Shown piece after piece: positions 8,278-16,719 of a DNA stretch of 64,000 nucleotides. The stretch is from an uncultured Clostridia bacterium (GTDB lineage: Bacteria > Acidobacteriota > Aminicenantia > UBA2199): positions 6,099-70,098 of the forward strand of contig CAZWFY010000006.1 of assembly GCA_964633415.1 (NCBI GenBank), in the 5' to 3' direction. Below the pieces are notes generated by a model that ran no database searches, was not told the DNA's origin, and saw only the letters and a list, made by a program, of their open reading frames with translations. The first letter of the stretch is position 1; every line of letters starts with the position of its first letter. Made by a program: the position numbers and the translations under genes.

Positions 8278-11200
8278 TTATTTTATATTTAGTGGAATAG
8301 TTCTCCAAACCTTAACTTTAACTCCATCCTTAATCGCAGGTGAATATTTCCATTTAAGAATTGTTCTTTTAATTATACTATTTACACTGTTTTTTTCAGA
8401 TTTTCTTATTAATTTCACTTTTTCAATTGATCCCATCTCATTTATAAGGAAACTGACAAGTATATTACTACGGGAACCGGCTCTGATACTTCTCGGTAGA
8501 ACAGGAGCAGGAGTTGAGATGGCAACCGGTTTTTTGTCAACTTCACCCAAAGAAACTATTTGACCGGGTTTTGCTCTGTTTTGTTCCGCTATGAGTTTTT
8601 TTCTTGCTTCCTCATCTCTCTTTCTTTTATCAGCTTCTTCCTGAAGTCTCTTCTTCTCATCTTCAATCTTTTGCAATCTGTCGTCTTCCTCTTTTTTCTT
8701 TCTTGCTTCCTCTTGAAGTCTTATTCTTTCAGCTTCTGCTTCTCTCTTCTTCTTATCTAAGGCTAAACGTCTCTTTTTTTCCAACTCTTTCTTTTTCTTT
8801 ATTGCATCCTGTTTTTTCTTTTCCTCTTTAAGTTTTTCTTCAGGAGTCATCTCATTCTGATTTTTATCTTTAATTACCGATTTGTTATCTGATTCTCCGG
8901 TTAAATTATCAGTCGTCTGAGGAGGAATTATTCCCATGTTTTTATCGGTATTAAGAGTACTGTCCAAGGTTTGTCCGCTGCTGTTAATATCAGGGTTGGA
9001 AGAATTGGGAAGACCATTGGAATCAGTAAGTTTATCATCTTTTTTATCTACTACAAACTTTTTTACTTCAGGAGGATTTAGATCAACCGAATCGGAATTA
9101 TCGTTATTAAAACTATTGGAAAGAAAATATATTCCTGCAGCAACTGCAATTATTATAAATAGGAGAACTAAAATTGGTCTGACAACTCTCTTTTTTTTAA
9201 ATTTTTCAATATTAAGTGATTCGGGGATCTGTGAAATCGAATTCTTTGAACTATTATATTCATTAACTTTTTTGTTATCGTAAGATAAATCAATTGTAGA
9301 TTCAGTAACATCTTTTTCATCCGGAGTATCCGACGGATACTTTTCAGGTTCATTCTGTTCTGATTTAACATCAATTGATTCAGGCAAAACCTCTTCATCT
9401 CCGTCATCTTCGGTAGGTAAATTTATAATATTGGGAGGCTCAGGTGGATTATCACTCGAAACAAGATTAATTTCCCGACTCTTTTTTAGATCTTTTACCG
9501 GATGTTCGATCTCTTCTTTTGTTGTTATTCTTGTTATTTCAAAAGGAATCTGACTGAGATTGACTCTTATACCGTCTTTTAATATTTCATCCTTGAAAAG
9601 ATCATAAAGGCAAACATTAATATGAATGGGTGTGGGTATGTGGTTGAAATTTTTATATAAATATGCTTCAAGATCTTTGCTCATTTCCGCAGCGTTTGAG
9701 TATCTTTTTGATTTATTAATTTCAAGAGATTTAAGAATTATTCTTTCGAGATCAGGATCAATGTCCGGAATAAACTCCGAAGGAAGTGTTATCTTTCCAT
9801 CTTGAACTTTTTTTAACACTTCTATTTCGGAAGATCCTTTAAATAGTTTTTGTCCGGTCAACAGTTCGAATAAAATTGCACCTACGGAATATATATCAGA
9901 TCTTTTATCAATATTTTTATCGGCTTTTGCTTGTTCGGGAGACATATATAAAAGTTTTCCTTTTAAAGCACCTGAAAGTGTCTGATGAAGCTTGTTGGAA
10001 GCTTTAGAAACTCCAAAATCGGTTATTTTCACTTCTCCGGTATAAGAAAGAAGAATGTTCGGAGGAGAAATATCTCTATGGACGATCTCAAGGTTATTTC
10101 CGTATTTGTCTTTTGCAGAGTGAGCATAACTTAATGCATCAAGAATCTTTAGAGAAATATAAATTGAAATATATTCTTCTAATTTGGTTTTCTTTTCGGA
10201 TAATTTACGAAGAATAAGTCGAAGGTCTTTCCCTTCGACATATTCCATTGCTATGAAATAGTAATTATCTTTTTGACCGAAATCATATATCTGGACAATA
10301 TTAGGGTGAGATAATTCGGATGCTATCTTTGCCTCGTCAACAAACATTTCAATATATTTGTCATCATCTCCGTAACCTGAAAGAATTTTTTTTATTGCAA
10401 GTATTTTTTCAAATCCCTGTACTCCTCTCTTTTTTGCTTTATAAATTTCCGCCATGCCGCCTCTGGCAATAAGTCCCAATATTTCATATCCTTCTATCTC
10501 ATTTTTTTTCTGATCTTTATTCTCTTTTTCAGGTTTATAATTTTTCTGCGGTTTTTTATCTTTTTTAATAACCTCAGGCTCAACGGTTTTTTCTACACTC
10601 TCTTTTTTTATAACATTATGATCTTTTATCCCGAGACCTGAAAGAGTCTCTTCAAATTTTTTCATAATATCTTCTTCGATCTTTTTCTCTGCTTTTTTAT
10701 CTTTTTTCCCGGTATCAGTTTTAATTATATCTTTAAGATCAATATTGATCTTTTCGTCATTGATTTTTCTTATGCTATTTTTACCGGAGGTTTTTTCGAA
10801 GGCTTCACGTGATAAAATCTGAGTTATCTGAGCTTTTTTATCAGCTTCTTTTTTGACAGAGTTGCTCATTCCTTTGTCCGAAGTTAAATCTTCTTTATCA
10901 AGCTCTATTTTATGCTCCGGAATATTTTCAACATTGTCAATCAAGTCTCCGAAAATATCTTCTGAAGATAATTTATTTTGATTTTTTATAAAATCGCCGG
11001 ACGGAGTTTTGATTTTTTTTGTATCAAAAACAGGAATCTGTGTAGTGCCAGGATCAGTTTTACCTTCCACATCGTCTTTGGTAATCTCAAGAAGATTTAA
11101 TACTGAATTAAAAAACGTTGTGTCGTTGAAAGGTTTTTCTATAAATTCATCCGCTTGATATTCACTTATTGCTTTATTCCTGTATTCGGTACCTTTATAT

Positions 11201-11454
11201 ACACCGCTGATTACAATAACTTTTGAATCGGGATTAGTCTCTTTTGAGAATTTGGATAACTCGAAGCCGTGAAATTTAGGCAGCATTGCAGCACAAATAA
11301 GAAGATCGAATTTTTTCTTCTTTATTAATTTTTTAGCAACATCACCTTCACTAGCAATGGAAATTTCAAAAACAGATGAAGATAAAATATCTTTAATATT
11401 CTCAATCGTAGGAGAATCATATTCAACCAATAATACATTTTTTTTCATATTCAT
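8278..11454 (-). CDS. Multidomain signalling protein: pseudo-receiver (REC-like) domain, Hanks-type Ser/Thr protein kinase, TM helix, periplasmic K/E-rich coiled coil and TonB C-terminal domain.
   Basis: The REC-like N-terminus has KFDLLICAAMLP where the phospho-acceptor Asp is replaced by Ala. The kinase carries IARGGMAEIY...LAIKK, HRDISPPNIL, DFG and SPE motifs. The TM helix is RPILVLLFIIIAVAAGIYFL. The KKKKELEKKRRLALDKKKREAEAERIRLQEE coiled coil follows. The C-terminus PVLPRSIRAGSRSNILVSFLINEMGSIEKVKLIRKSE...ILKWKYSPAIKDGVKVKVW is TonB_C-like. Confidence 0.85.
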   Translation of the reverse strand: MNMKKNVLLVEYDSPTIENIKDILSSSVFEISIASEGDVAKKLIKKKKFDLLICAAMLPKFHGFELSKFSKETNPDSKVIVISGVYKGTEYRNKAISEYQADEFIEKPFNDTTFFNSVLNLLEITKDDVEGKTDPGTTQIPVFDTKKIKTPSGDFIKNQNKLSSEDIFGDLIDNVENIPEHKIELDKEDLTSDKGMSNSVKKEADKKAQITQILSREAFEKTSGKNSIRKINDEKINIDLKDIIKTDTGKKDKKAEKKIEEDIMKKFEETLSGLGIKDHNVIKKESVEKTVEPEVIKKDKKPQKNYKPEKENKDQKKNEIEGYEILGLIARGGMAEIYKAKKRGVQGFEKILAIKKILSGYGDDDKYIEMFVDEAKIASELSHPNIVQIYDFGQKDNYYFIAMEYVEGKDLRLILRKLSEKKTKLEEYISIYISLKILDALSYAHSAKDKYGNNLEIVHRDISPPNILLSYTGEVKITDFGVSKASNKLHQTLSGALKGKLLYMSPEQAKADKNIDKRSDIYSVGAILFELLTGQKLFKGSSEIEVLKKVQDGKITLPSEFIPDIDPDLERIILKSLEINKSKRYSNAAEMSKDLEAYLYKNFNHIPTPIHINVCLYDLFKDEILKDGIRVNLSQIPFEITRITTKEEIEHPVKDLKKSREINLVSSDNPPEPPNIINLPTEDDGDEEVLPESIDVKSEQNEPEKYPSDTPDEKDVTESTIDLSYDNKKVNEYNSSKNSISQIPESLNIEKFKKKRVVRPILVLLFIIIAVAAGIYFLSNSFNNDNSDSVDLNPPEVKKFVVDKKDDKLTDSNGLPNSSNPDINSSGQTLDSTLNTDKNMGIIPPQTTDNLTGESDNKSVIKDKNQNEMTPEEKLKEEKKKQDAIKKKKELEKKRRLALDKKKREAEAERIRLQEEARKKKEEDDRLQKIEDEKKRLQEEADKRKRDEEARKKLIAEQNRAKPGQIVSLGEVDKKPVAISTPAPVLPRSIRAGSRSNILVSFLINEMGSIEKVKLIRKSEKNSVNSIIKRTILKWKYSPAIKDGVKVKVWRTIPLNIK

Positions 11455-11562
11455 ACTCCTAAAAAATTATATAATACTAATTGGAACTTTTCAAACAGGA
11501 ATTTAACTATAATATATCTTTTAATAAATTTCACAGCAGAATCATCGAAGATTTGTAAAAAA

Positions 11563-12084
11563 TCAAAAGTCAAAATAGAGATCACGCTGTTTTTCAAGTA
11601 TTTTCAATTTATCTCTCACTTTCCAATTTACCGGCATTACAATAAGAATAATTAAGACGGAAGTTACAAAAAAATGAAATGTTCTGTTGAAAGGGACACC
11701 CATGAAAGATATAATGATGCCTAAAATTGAAACAGACTCCCCAAGTCCCAGAAGAATAATATCAAGTTTTTTCCATGTTTTTAGGATATCTTTTAAAGAC
11801 ATTGAATCTTTAACAAACTTCGGAGAGTAATAAATTGTCTTTCGAACCGTTAAAATTGAGATGACTATCATTATTGCAAGAATGTTGAAAGCATTATAAA
11901 TATTGGTGATAGTGGCATATTTAATTCCGAATAATTTAACAGTGCTGTTTTTTAATAATAGAATCGGGATTAATGCATATATGACAACAGATATTACCAT
12001 TGCAAAGCTGATCAAAATCGTTTTTTTTGTCTCTTCCCTGATTATACGATTGTTCTCCTTAAATTTACTCTCTCCGTTTTCCAT
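11563..12084 (-). CDS. Hypothetical integral membrane protein.
   Basis: 173 aa with about four hydrophobic helices. No recognisable motif. Confidence 0.45.
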   Translation of the reverse strand: MENGESKFKENNRIIREETKKTILISFAMVISVVIYALIPILLLKNSTVKLFGIKYATITNIYNAFNILAIMIVISILTVRKTIYYSPKFVKDSMSLKDILKTWKKLDIILLGLGESVSILGIIISFMGVPFNRTFHFFVTSVLIILIVMPVNWKVRDKLKILEKQRDLYFDF

Positions 12085-12167
12085 AAAAAAAATTTATCAT
12101 CTGCAATCGGAGTTGTCAAGAGAAATATATGATTTAAACCATATTTGATTAATGATATAATAAAAAT

Positions 12168-12902
12168 ATGACATATATTAATAAAACATTAAAAATTTTA
12201 CCTGTTTTATTTCTCTTTTCATTATACGGATGCTATTTTTCTGAAAAAAAAGTAAAAACCACTCCAAAAAAAAGTGTATCCTCGGAATCTGTTTCTCAAA
12301 ATAGTACTTTCGTAAAAAAGAATGATATTTATCAGATCGGTATTGCTTCATGGTATGGAGATAAATTCCATGGGAAAAGAACATCCAACGGAGAGATCTA
12401 TGATATGCATAAATTGACTGCGGCTCATAAAAAACTACCTTTCAATACGATTGTTGAAGTGGAAAATCTGAATAATAGAAAAAAAGTTCTTGTGAGAATA
12501 AATGATCGGGGACCTTTTGTGAAAGAGAGAATCATAGACCTTTCAAATGAAGCTGCAAGAATACTTGGGATTGATGAGCTTGGGACTGCACCCGTTGCAT
12601 TAAGAATTGTAAAACCCGAAGAGTATTCTCTCTCGGGAAAAATTGAATTTAAAGGTAAGAAGGAAGTAGGGAAGATGATCTACTATTTGCAGGCTGGTGC
12701 GTTCAGAGATATAAAAAATGCAGAATCGTTGTTATTTAAAATAAATGAAATATCAGGAGATAATATTTTTAAGATCATATTTGAAGGTGATTATTATAAA
12801 GTTATTTCCGATAATTATATATCAAGGAATTTAACGGAAAATCAAAAAAATATTCTATCGGAAAAAGGGTTTGATGTTATAGTGAAAGAAAAACAGGATT
12901 AA
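12168..12902 (+). CDS. rlpA: Septal ring lytic transglycosylase RlpA family lipoprotein (DPBB domain plus C-terminal SPOR domain).
   Basis: Lipobox LFSLYGC. The DPBB region reads GIASWYGDKFHGKRTSNGEIYDMHKLTAAHKKLPFNTIVEVENL...RINDRGPF. The SPOR-like tail is YYLQAGAFRDIKNAESL. Confidence 0.85.
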   Translation: MTYINKTLKILPVLFLFSLYGCYFSEKKVKTTPKKSVSSESVSQNSTFVKKNDIYQIGIASWYGDKFHGKRTSNGEIYDMHKLTAAHKKLPFNTIVEVENLNNRKKVLVRINDRGPFVKERIIDLSNEAARILGIDELGTAPVALRIVKPEEYSLSGKIEFKGKKEVGKMIYYLQAGAFRDIKNAESLLFKINEISGDNIFKIIFEGDYYKVISDNYISRNLTENQKNILSEKGFDVIVKEKQD

Positions 12903-12911
12903 ACCGGTAAT

Positions 12912-13664
12912 TTGAGTCTATTGCTTTTTATTAAAACTTTTATTGCAATTCTATTAGGTGCATTATTACAAAGTTATGCCGGTTTCGGTTTCGGTCTTCT
13001 TGTTCTTCCTCTTCTTCTTTTTTTTAATTTTGATTTTCCTTCTGCTGTTATAACGGTTGTGACAGGATCGGCAATTCAAAAAATTATAGCGGTAAAATAT
13101 TTTAAAGATTATTTTAAATGGTCGGAGATAAAGTTTCTTTTTTTATTCGGAATAACCGGATTGCCTATAGGTATTTTTTTTCTTTACAAAGCATCTTTTC
13201 TTTCCGGAGATACAGTAAAGCAGATAATCGGTATTGCAATATTTATAACACTCTTATTAAGATGGTCGGGGCTATCAGGTAAGAAAAGGGATATATCTCC
13301 CAAATGGGGTTATTTTGCCGGATTTTTATCGGGAATTTTAAACGGTTTTGCAAATATCGGAGGTCCTCCCGTTGTTCTATGGGTTCTCTCTCATAAATGG
13401 AAAAATGAAAAAATGAGAGCAATGATCTTAGCATTATCTTTGACTTTTGTTCCCTTCCAGATCATCACTATGGGATTTGTATTCGGGAAAAAACTTATAA
13501 TTCCTTTTATTCATTCATTAGAGATGATTCCTGCAGTATTAATCGGAAGCTGGATCGGATTAATACTCGGAGATAGATTAAGTGAGAAAAAGCTTGTGTA
13601 TTTTATGGAGATTATACTTATGATAATTGCATTTTCAGCACTTGTCAGACCGATGTTTAAATAA
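12912..13664 (+). CDS. TSUP-family (TauE/SafE) sulfite/anion exporter.
   Basis: 250 aa, about 7-8 TM helices and two Gly-rich repeat halves (AGFGFGLLVLPLL..., GFANIGGPPVVLWVL). Confidence 0.75.
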   Translation: MSLLLFIKTFIAILLGALLQSYAGFGFGLLVLPLLLFFNFDFPSAVITVVTGSAIQKIIAVKYFKDYFKWSEIKFLFLFGITGLPIGIFFLYKASFLSGDTVKQIIGIAIFITLLLRWSGLSGKKRDISPKWGYFAGFLSGILNGFANIGGPPVVLWVLSHKWKNEKMRAMILALSLTFVPFQIITMGFVFGKKLIIPFIHSLEMIPAVLIGSWIGLILGDRLSEKKLVYFMEIILMIIAFSALVRPMFK

Positions 13665-13672
13665 TAATCAGT

Positions 13673-13951
13673 TTAAAGATATAGGCAAAGATAGCATACG
13701 GGAGCTGAAACTGTAAGTTTAAACTCTTCACCTTTCTCAATTCTGAAAGTATCCCCTTTTTTAAATAATTTGCTTTCTTTCCCCGGAAGTGTTACTTCCA
13801 TTTCACCGTGAATAACTTCCATTATCTCAATTGTTGAAGTTTTAAAAGTATAATTACCGGGTTCCATAACTCCAACCGTGAAAGGTTTTTCGTTAAGTTT
13901 ATTACCGAGACTTTTAACTTTACCATCGTAATAACTGTTTGCTTCTGTCAT
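13673..13951 (-). CDS. ppnP: Pyrimidine/purine nucleoside phosphorylase PpnP (UPF0345 cupin).
   Basis: 92 aa, YYDGKVKS...GVMEPGNYTF...EIMEVIHGEMEV pattern of the YaiE/PpnP family. Confidence 0.7.
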   Translation of the reverse strand: MTEANSYYDGKVKSLGNKLNEKPFTVGVMEPGNYTFKTSTIEIMEVIHGEMEVTLPGKESKLFKKGDTFRIEKGEEFKLTVSAPVCYLCLYL

Positions 13952-13959
13952 AAGACCTC

Positions 13960-15909
13960 CTATTTTAAAATTGCTCCGACAGGGGTTTCATCGGGAATGA
14001 TCGGGATATAAGGTCTTCCGTTTTTATCCGATGCTGCAAGGATCATCCCTTGTGATAACACTCCTCTGAGTTTTGCCGGTTTAAGATTTTTTACAATAAT
14101 AATTTTTCTACCGACTAAATCTTCCGGTTTATAATATTGGGCAATGCCTGCAACGAGTGTGCGTTGATCTTCTTTTGTATCGACTTCGAGTTTCAACAAT
14201 CTATCGGCATTTTCTATCTTTTCCGCACTTTTTATAAGTGCAACGACCATTTGGACTTTTTTAAATTCTTCAAAACCGATCAATCCTTCTTCCATTTTTG
14301 ATTTTTCCTCCTTCTTTTTTACTGGTTTTTTATCATCTGAATTTTCGTTTGTTTCATTGAGAAAAACTTTCAAGTCAACTCTCGGAAAAAGCTGTAAAGA
14401 TTTACCGATATTTATAGTGCCTTTCAGCTCTCTCCAACCGAAGCCTTCAATATTATCCGGAAATATCTTTTTTATTTTTCCGGAAGTTTCGGGGATAACG
14501 GGGGCGAGAAGTGCATTTATACTTAATATCGCGTCTGCAAGAGTGATCATAACAGCGGCGAGTTTATTTTTCTCAGAACTTTTTTTTGCCATTTCCCAGG
14601 GTTTTGATTTTACAATGTATTTGTTTAATTCCGAAATAAATTCAAAAATCCTCTCAATTCCCCTGTTATATTTATAATTATCAAAAAAATCAAAAACATC
14701 CTTTTGTGTATCGGAATACAAATCTTTAATTCTATTGTCATTATTATCAAATGCAGGATTGATATCAATCTTTCCATCAAAGTATTTTTCAATCATTCCG
14801 GTTGTTCTTGAGACAAGATTTCCCCAGTCATTTGAGAGGTCGGTATTGATACGATTAACAAAACCCTGGTGAGAAAAATTACCGTCCGAACCAATCGGGG
14901 CTTCCCTCATGAGAAAATATCTTATTGCATCAGAATTGAAAAATTCAAAAAGGATATTAGGGTCGAGAACATTCCCTGTGGATTTTGACATTTTTTTGTC
15001 ATCCTTTAACCACCATCCGTGAACAAGTTCTCTGTCGGGGAGAGGCAGATCGGCAGCCATTAAGAAAGCCGGCCAATAAACCGCATGAAATTTAAGTATG
15101 TCTTTTGCCATTATATGAAGATTCGCCGGCCACATTTTTTTAAAATTTTCATTTTCATCAACGTAATTTACGGCAGTTATATAATTTGTAAGTGCATCGA
15201 ACCAGACATAGACCGTCTGTTCTTCATCATCCGGAACCGGAATACCCCATTCAACAGTTGATCTTGTGATACTGAGATCTCTTAAACCCATTTCAACAAA
15301 AGATTTCACTTCGTTCATTCTGGAAGCAGGAAATAAAAAATCGGGATTGTTTTTATAGAAATCAAGAAGTTTATCCTGATAAGCGGATAGTTTGAAAAAA
15401 TAACATTTCTCGGTAACTTTTTTAGTCTCTTTGCCACAATCGGGGCATACTTTATTTCCGTTTTGAGTATTCTCCGCCATATCAGTAACAAAACTTTCAC
15501 ATGATATGCAATAGTGTCCTTCATAATCACCCGGATATATATCACCCTTATCCATGACCTTTTTAAAAAGTTTTTTTACTCCGTCGATATGGTAATCATC
15601 GGTTGTTCTTATGAATTTATCATAATCAATGTTAAGTTTTTTCCATAACTCTTTAAATCTGACAACAACGCTGTCGGCGAGGGCTTTGGGAGAGATCCCC
15701 TTTTTTTTTGCATTTTCTTCGATTTTCTGACCGTGTTCGTCTGTTCCGGTTAAAAAGAATACATTAAATCCTCTGAGTTTCTTATATCTTTTTATGACAT
15801 CAGCCATTATTGTTGTGTAGGCATGACCGATATGTGGAATATCATTAACATAGTATATAGGTGTTGTTATATAAAATTTTTCTTTTTCATCGTTAAAATT
15901 AGTTGCCAT
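13960..15909 (-). CDS. metG: Methionine--tRNA ligase with a C-terminal tRNA-binding (EMAP/Trbp111) domain.
   Basis: Class I HIGH motif (PHIGHAYTT), KMSKS motif, a Zn knuckle CxxC...CxxC and the C-terminal ...GMILAASDKNGR... OB-fold. Confidence 0.95.
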   Translation of the reverse strand: MATNFNDEKEKFYITTPIYYVNDIPHIGHAYTTIMADVIKRYKKLRGFNVFFLTGTDEHGQKIEENAKKKGISPKALADSVVVRFKELWKKLNIDYDKFIRTTDDYHIDGVKKLFKKVMDKGDIYPGDYEGHYCISCESFVTDMAENTQNGNKVCPDCGKETKKVTEKCYFFKLSAYQDKLLDFYKNNPDFLFPASRMNEVKSFVEMGLRDLSITRSTVEWGIPVPDDEEQTVYVWFDALTNYITAVNYVDENENFKKMWPANLHIMAKDILKFHAVYWPAFLMAADLPLPDRELVHGWWLKDDKKMSKSTGNVLDPNILFEFFNSDAIRYFLMREAPIGSDGNFSHQGFVNRINTDLSNDWGNLVSRTTGMIEKYFDGKIDINPAFDNNDNRIKDLYSDTQKDVFDFFDNYKYNRGIERIFEFISELNKYIVKSKPWEMAKKSSEKNKLAAVMITLADAILSINALLAPVIPETSGKIKKIFPDNIEGFGWRELKGTINIGKSLQLFPRVDLKVFLNETNENSDDKKPVKKKEEKSKMEEGLIGFEEFKKVQMVVALIKSAEKIENADRLLKLEVDTKEDQRTLVAGIAQYYKPEDLVGRKIIIVKNLKPAKLRGVLSQGMILAASDKNGRPYIPIIPDETPVGAILK

Positions 15910-16033
15910 ATTTGCTCCTGAATTTATAGGAAAAATTATATCATAAATTTCGTTTCTCTTGACCTAAAATCAGAATTTCATAACGATATTTATGTTTTAA
16001 GCTGAAAATATTTTATTTATACTTTACAAAAAT

Positions 16034-16062
16034 TTGAAATTATAGAAAATATTTGATATATT
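16034..16062 (+). promoter_or_regulatory. Candidate promoter (TTGAAA-17-TATATT) for the small zinc-ribbon ORF.
   Basis: -35 at 16034-16039 and -10 at 16057-16062, about 25 nt upstream of the AAGGAG RBS. Confidence 0.35.
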
Positions 16063-16087
16063 CTTAAAAAAAACAAAGGAGTGAAAA

Positions 16088-16237
16088 ATGGCAGAAATTG
16101 CATATTGTGTAAAATGTAAAGCAAAGACAGAGATGAAAGATGCTCAAAGAGTTACTATGAAGAACGGAAGACCCGCTATGAAAGGTGTTTGTTCAAAATG
16201 CGGAACGGGAATGTATAAGATACTTCCATCCAAGTAA
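16088..16237 (+). CDS. Small zinc-ribbon protein (49 aa, DUF5679-like), absent from the ORF track.
   Basis: ATG at 16088 is preceded by AAAGGAG. The translation is MAEIAYCVKCKAKTEMKDAQRVTMKNGRPAMKGVCSKCGTGMYKILPSK, with two CxxC pairs. A rho-independent terminator follows. Confidence 0.55.
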   Translation: MAEIAYCVKCKAKTEMKDAQRVTMKNGRPAMKGVCSKCGTGMYKILPSK

Positions 16238-16275
16238 ATTTAAGCTAATCGAAATTTAATATTAATTGTGAAACT

Positions 16276-16310
16276 GGGGGAGGATGAGAATCCTTCCCCT
16301 TTAATTTTTT
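16276..16310 (+). terminator. Rho-independent terminator.
   Basis: GGGGGAGGAT-GAGA-ATCCTTCCCC stem followed by TTTAATTTTTT. Confidence 0.5.
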
Positions 16311-16365
16311 GATTTAAGTGTTAAAAGATTTAAAACTTTTAATTAGAAAAGGCGGGGACACTATT

Positions 16366-16671
16366 TTAAATCTTTGATTTTACCGATTCTATCTTTTTTT
16401 GCATTGTAGCGTTTTTATCTCTTCTATCGTCTATGGAGATTCTTGTAGACACTCTTTTCGCTCCGGAAAGAAAAGGATTTTCATGCATTTCCAAAACAAC
16501 CTTTAATATAAGGTTAAGATCTCCTTCAAGTATTGTTGACATTGGTGTGAGTTGTTTTCTGATTTGCGGATATTTTTCAAGAATTCTCTCAACATCAGCG
16601 ACATAATCACTTAAAGATGTGGAACATGTTCCCAACGGAACGACCGTTACTTCAGCTATTACTTTTCCCAT
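16366..16671 (-). CDS. MTH1187/YkoF-family (UPF0045) protein.
   Basis: 101 aa beginning GKVIAEVTVVPLGT...SLSDYVADVERIL, characteristic of the DUF77/MTH1187 family. Confidence 0.65.
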   Translation of the reverse strand: MGKVIAEVTVVPLGTCSTSLSDYVADVERILEKYPQIRKQLTPMSTILEGDLNLILKVVLEMHENPFLSGAKRVSTRISIDDRRDKNATMQKKIESVKSKI

Positions 16672-16719
16672 TTTGTCTCCGTTATGTTTGATATTTTAAT
16701 AAATAAAAATAAAAACAGA

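Noticed and set aside
8560-9283. Several plus-strand ORFs (66-115 aa) opposite the kinase gene.
   Set aside because: They are the antisense of the K/E-rich coiled-coil and linker coding sequence, with L/S/F-rich low-complexity translations.
15910-16033. Possible T-box or attenuator leader for metG.
   Set aside because: No specifier-loop or T-box consensus (AATTAGGGTGGNACCGCG) was visible. The region reads as a plain AT-rich promoter.
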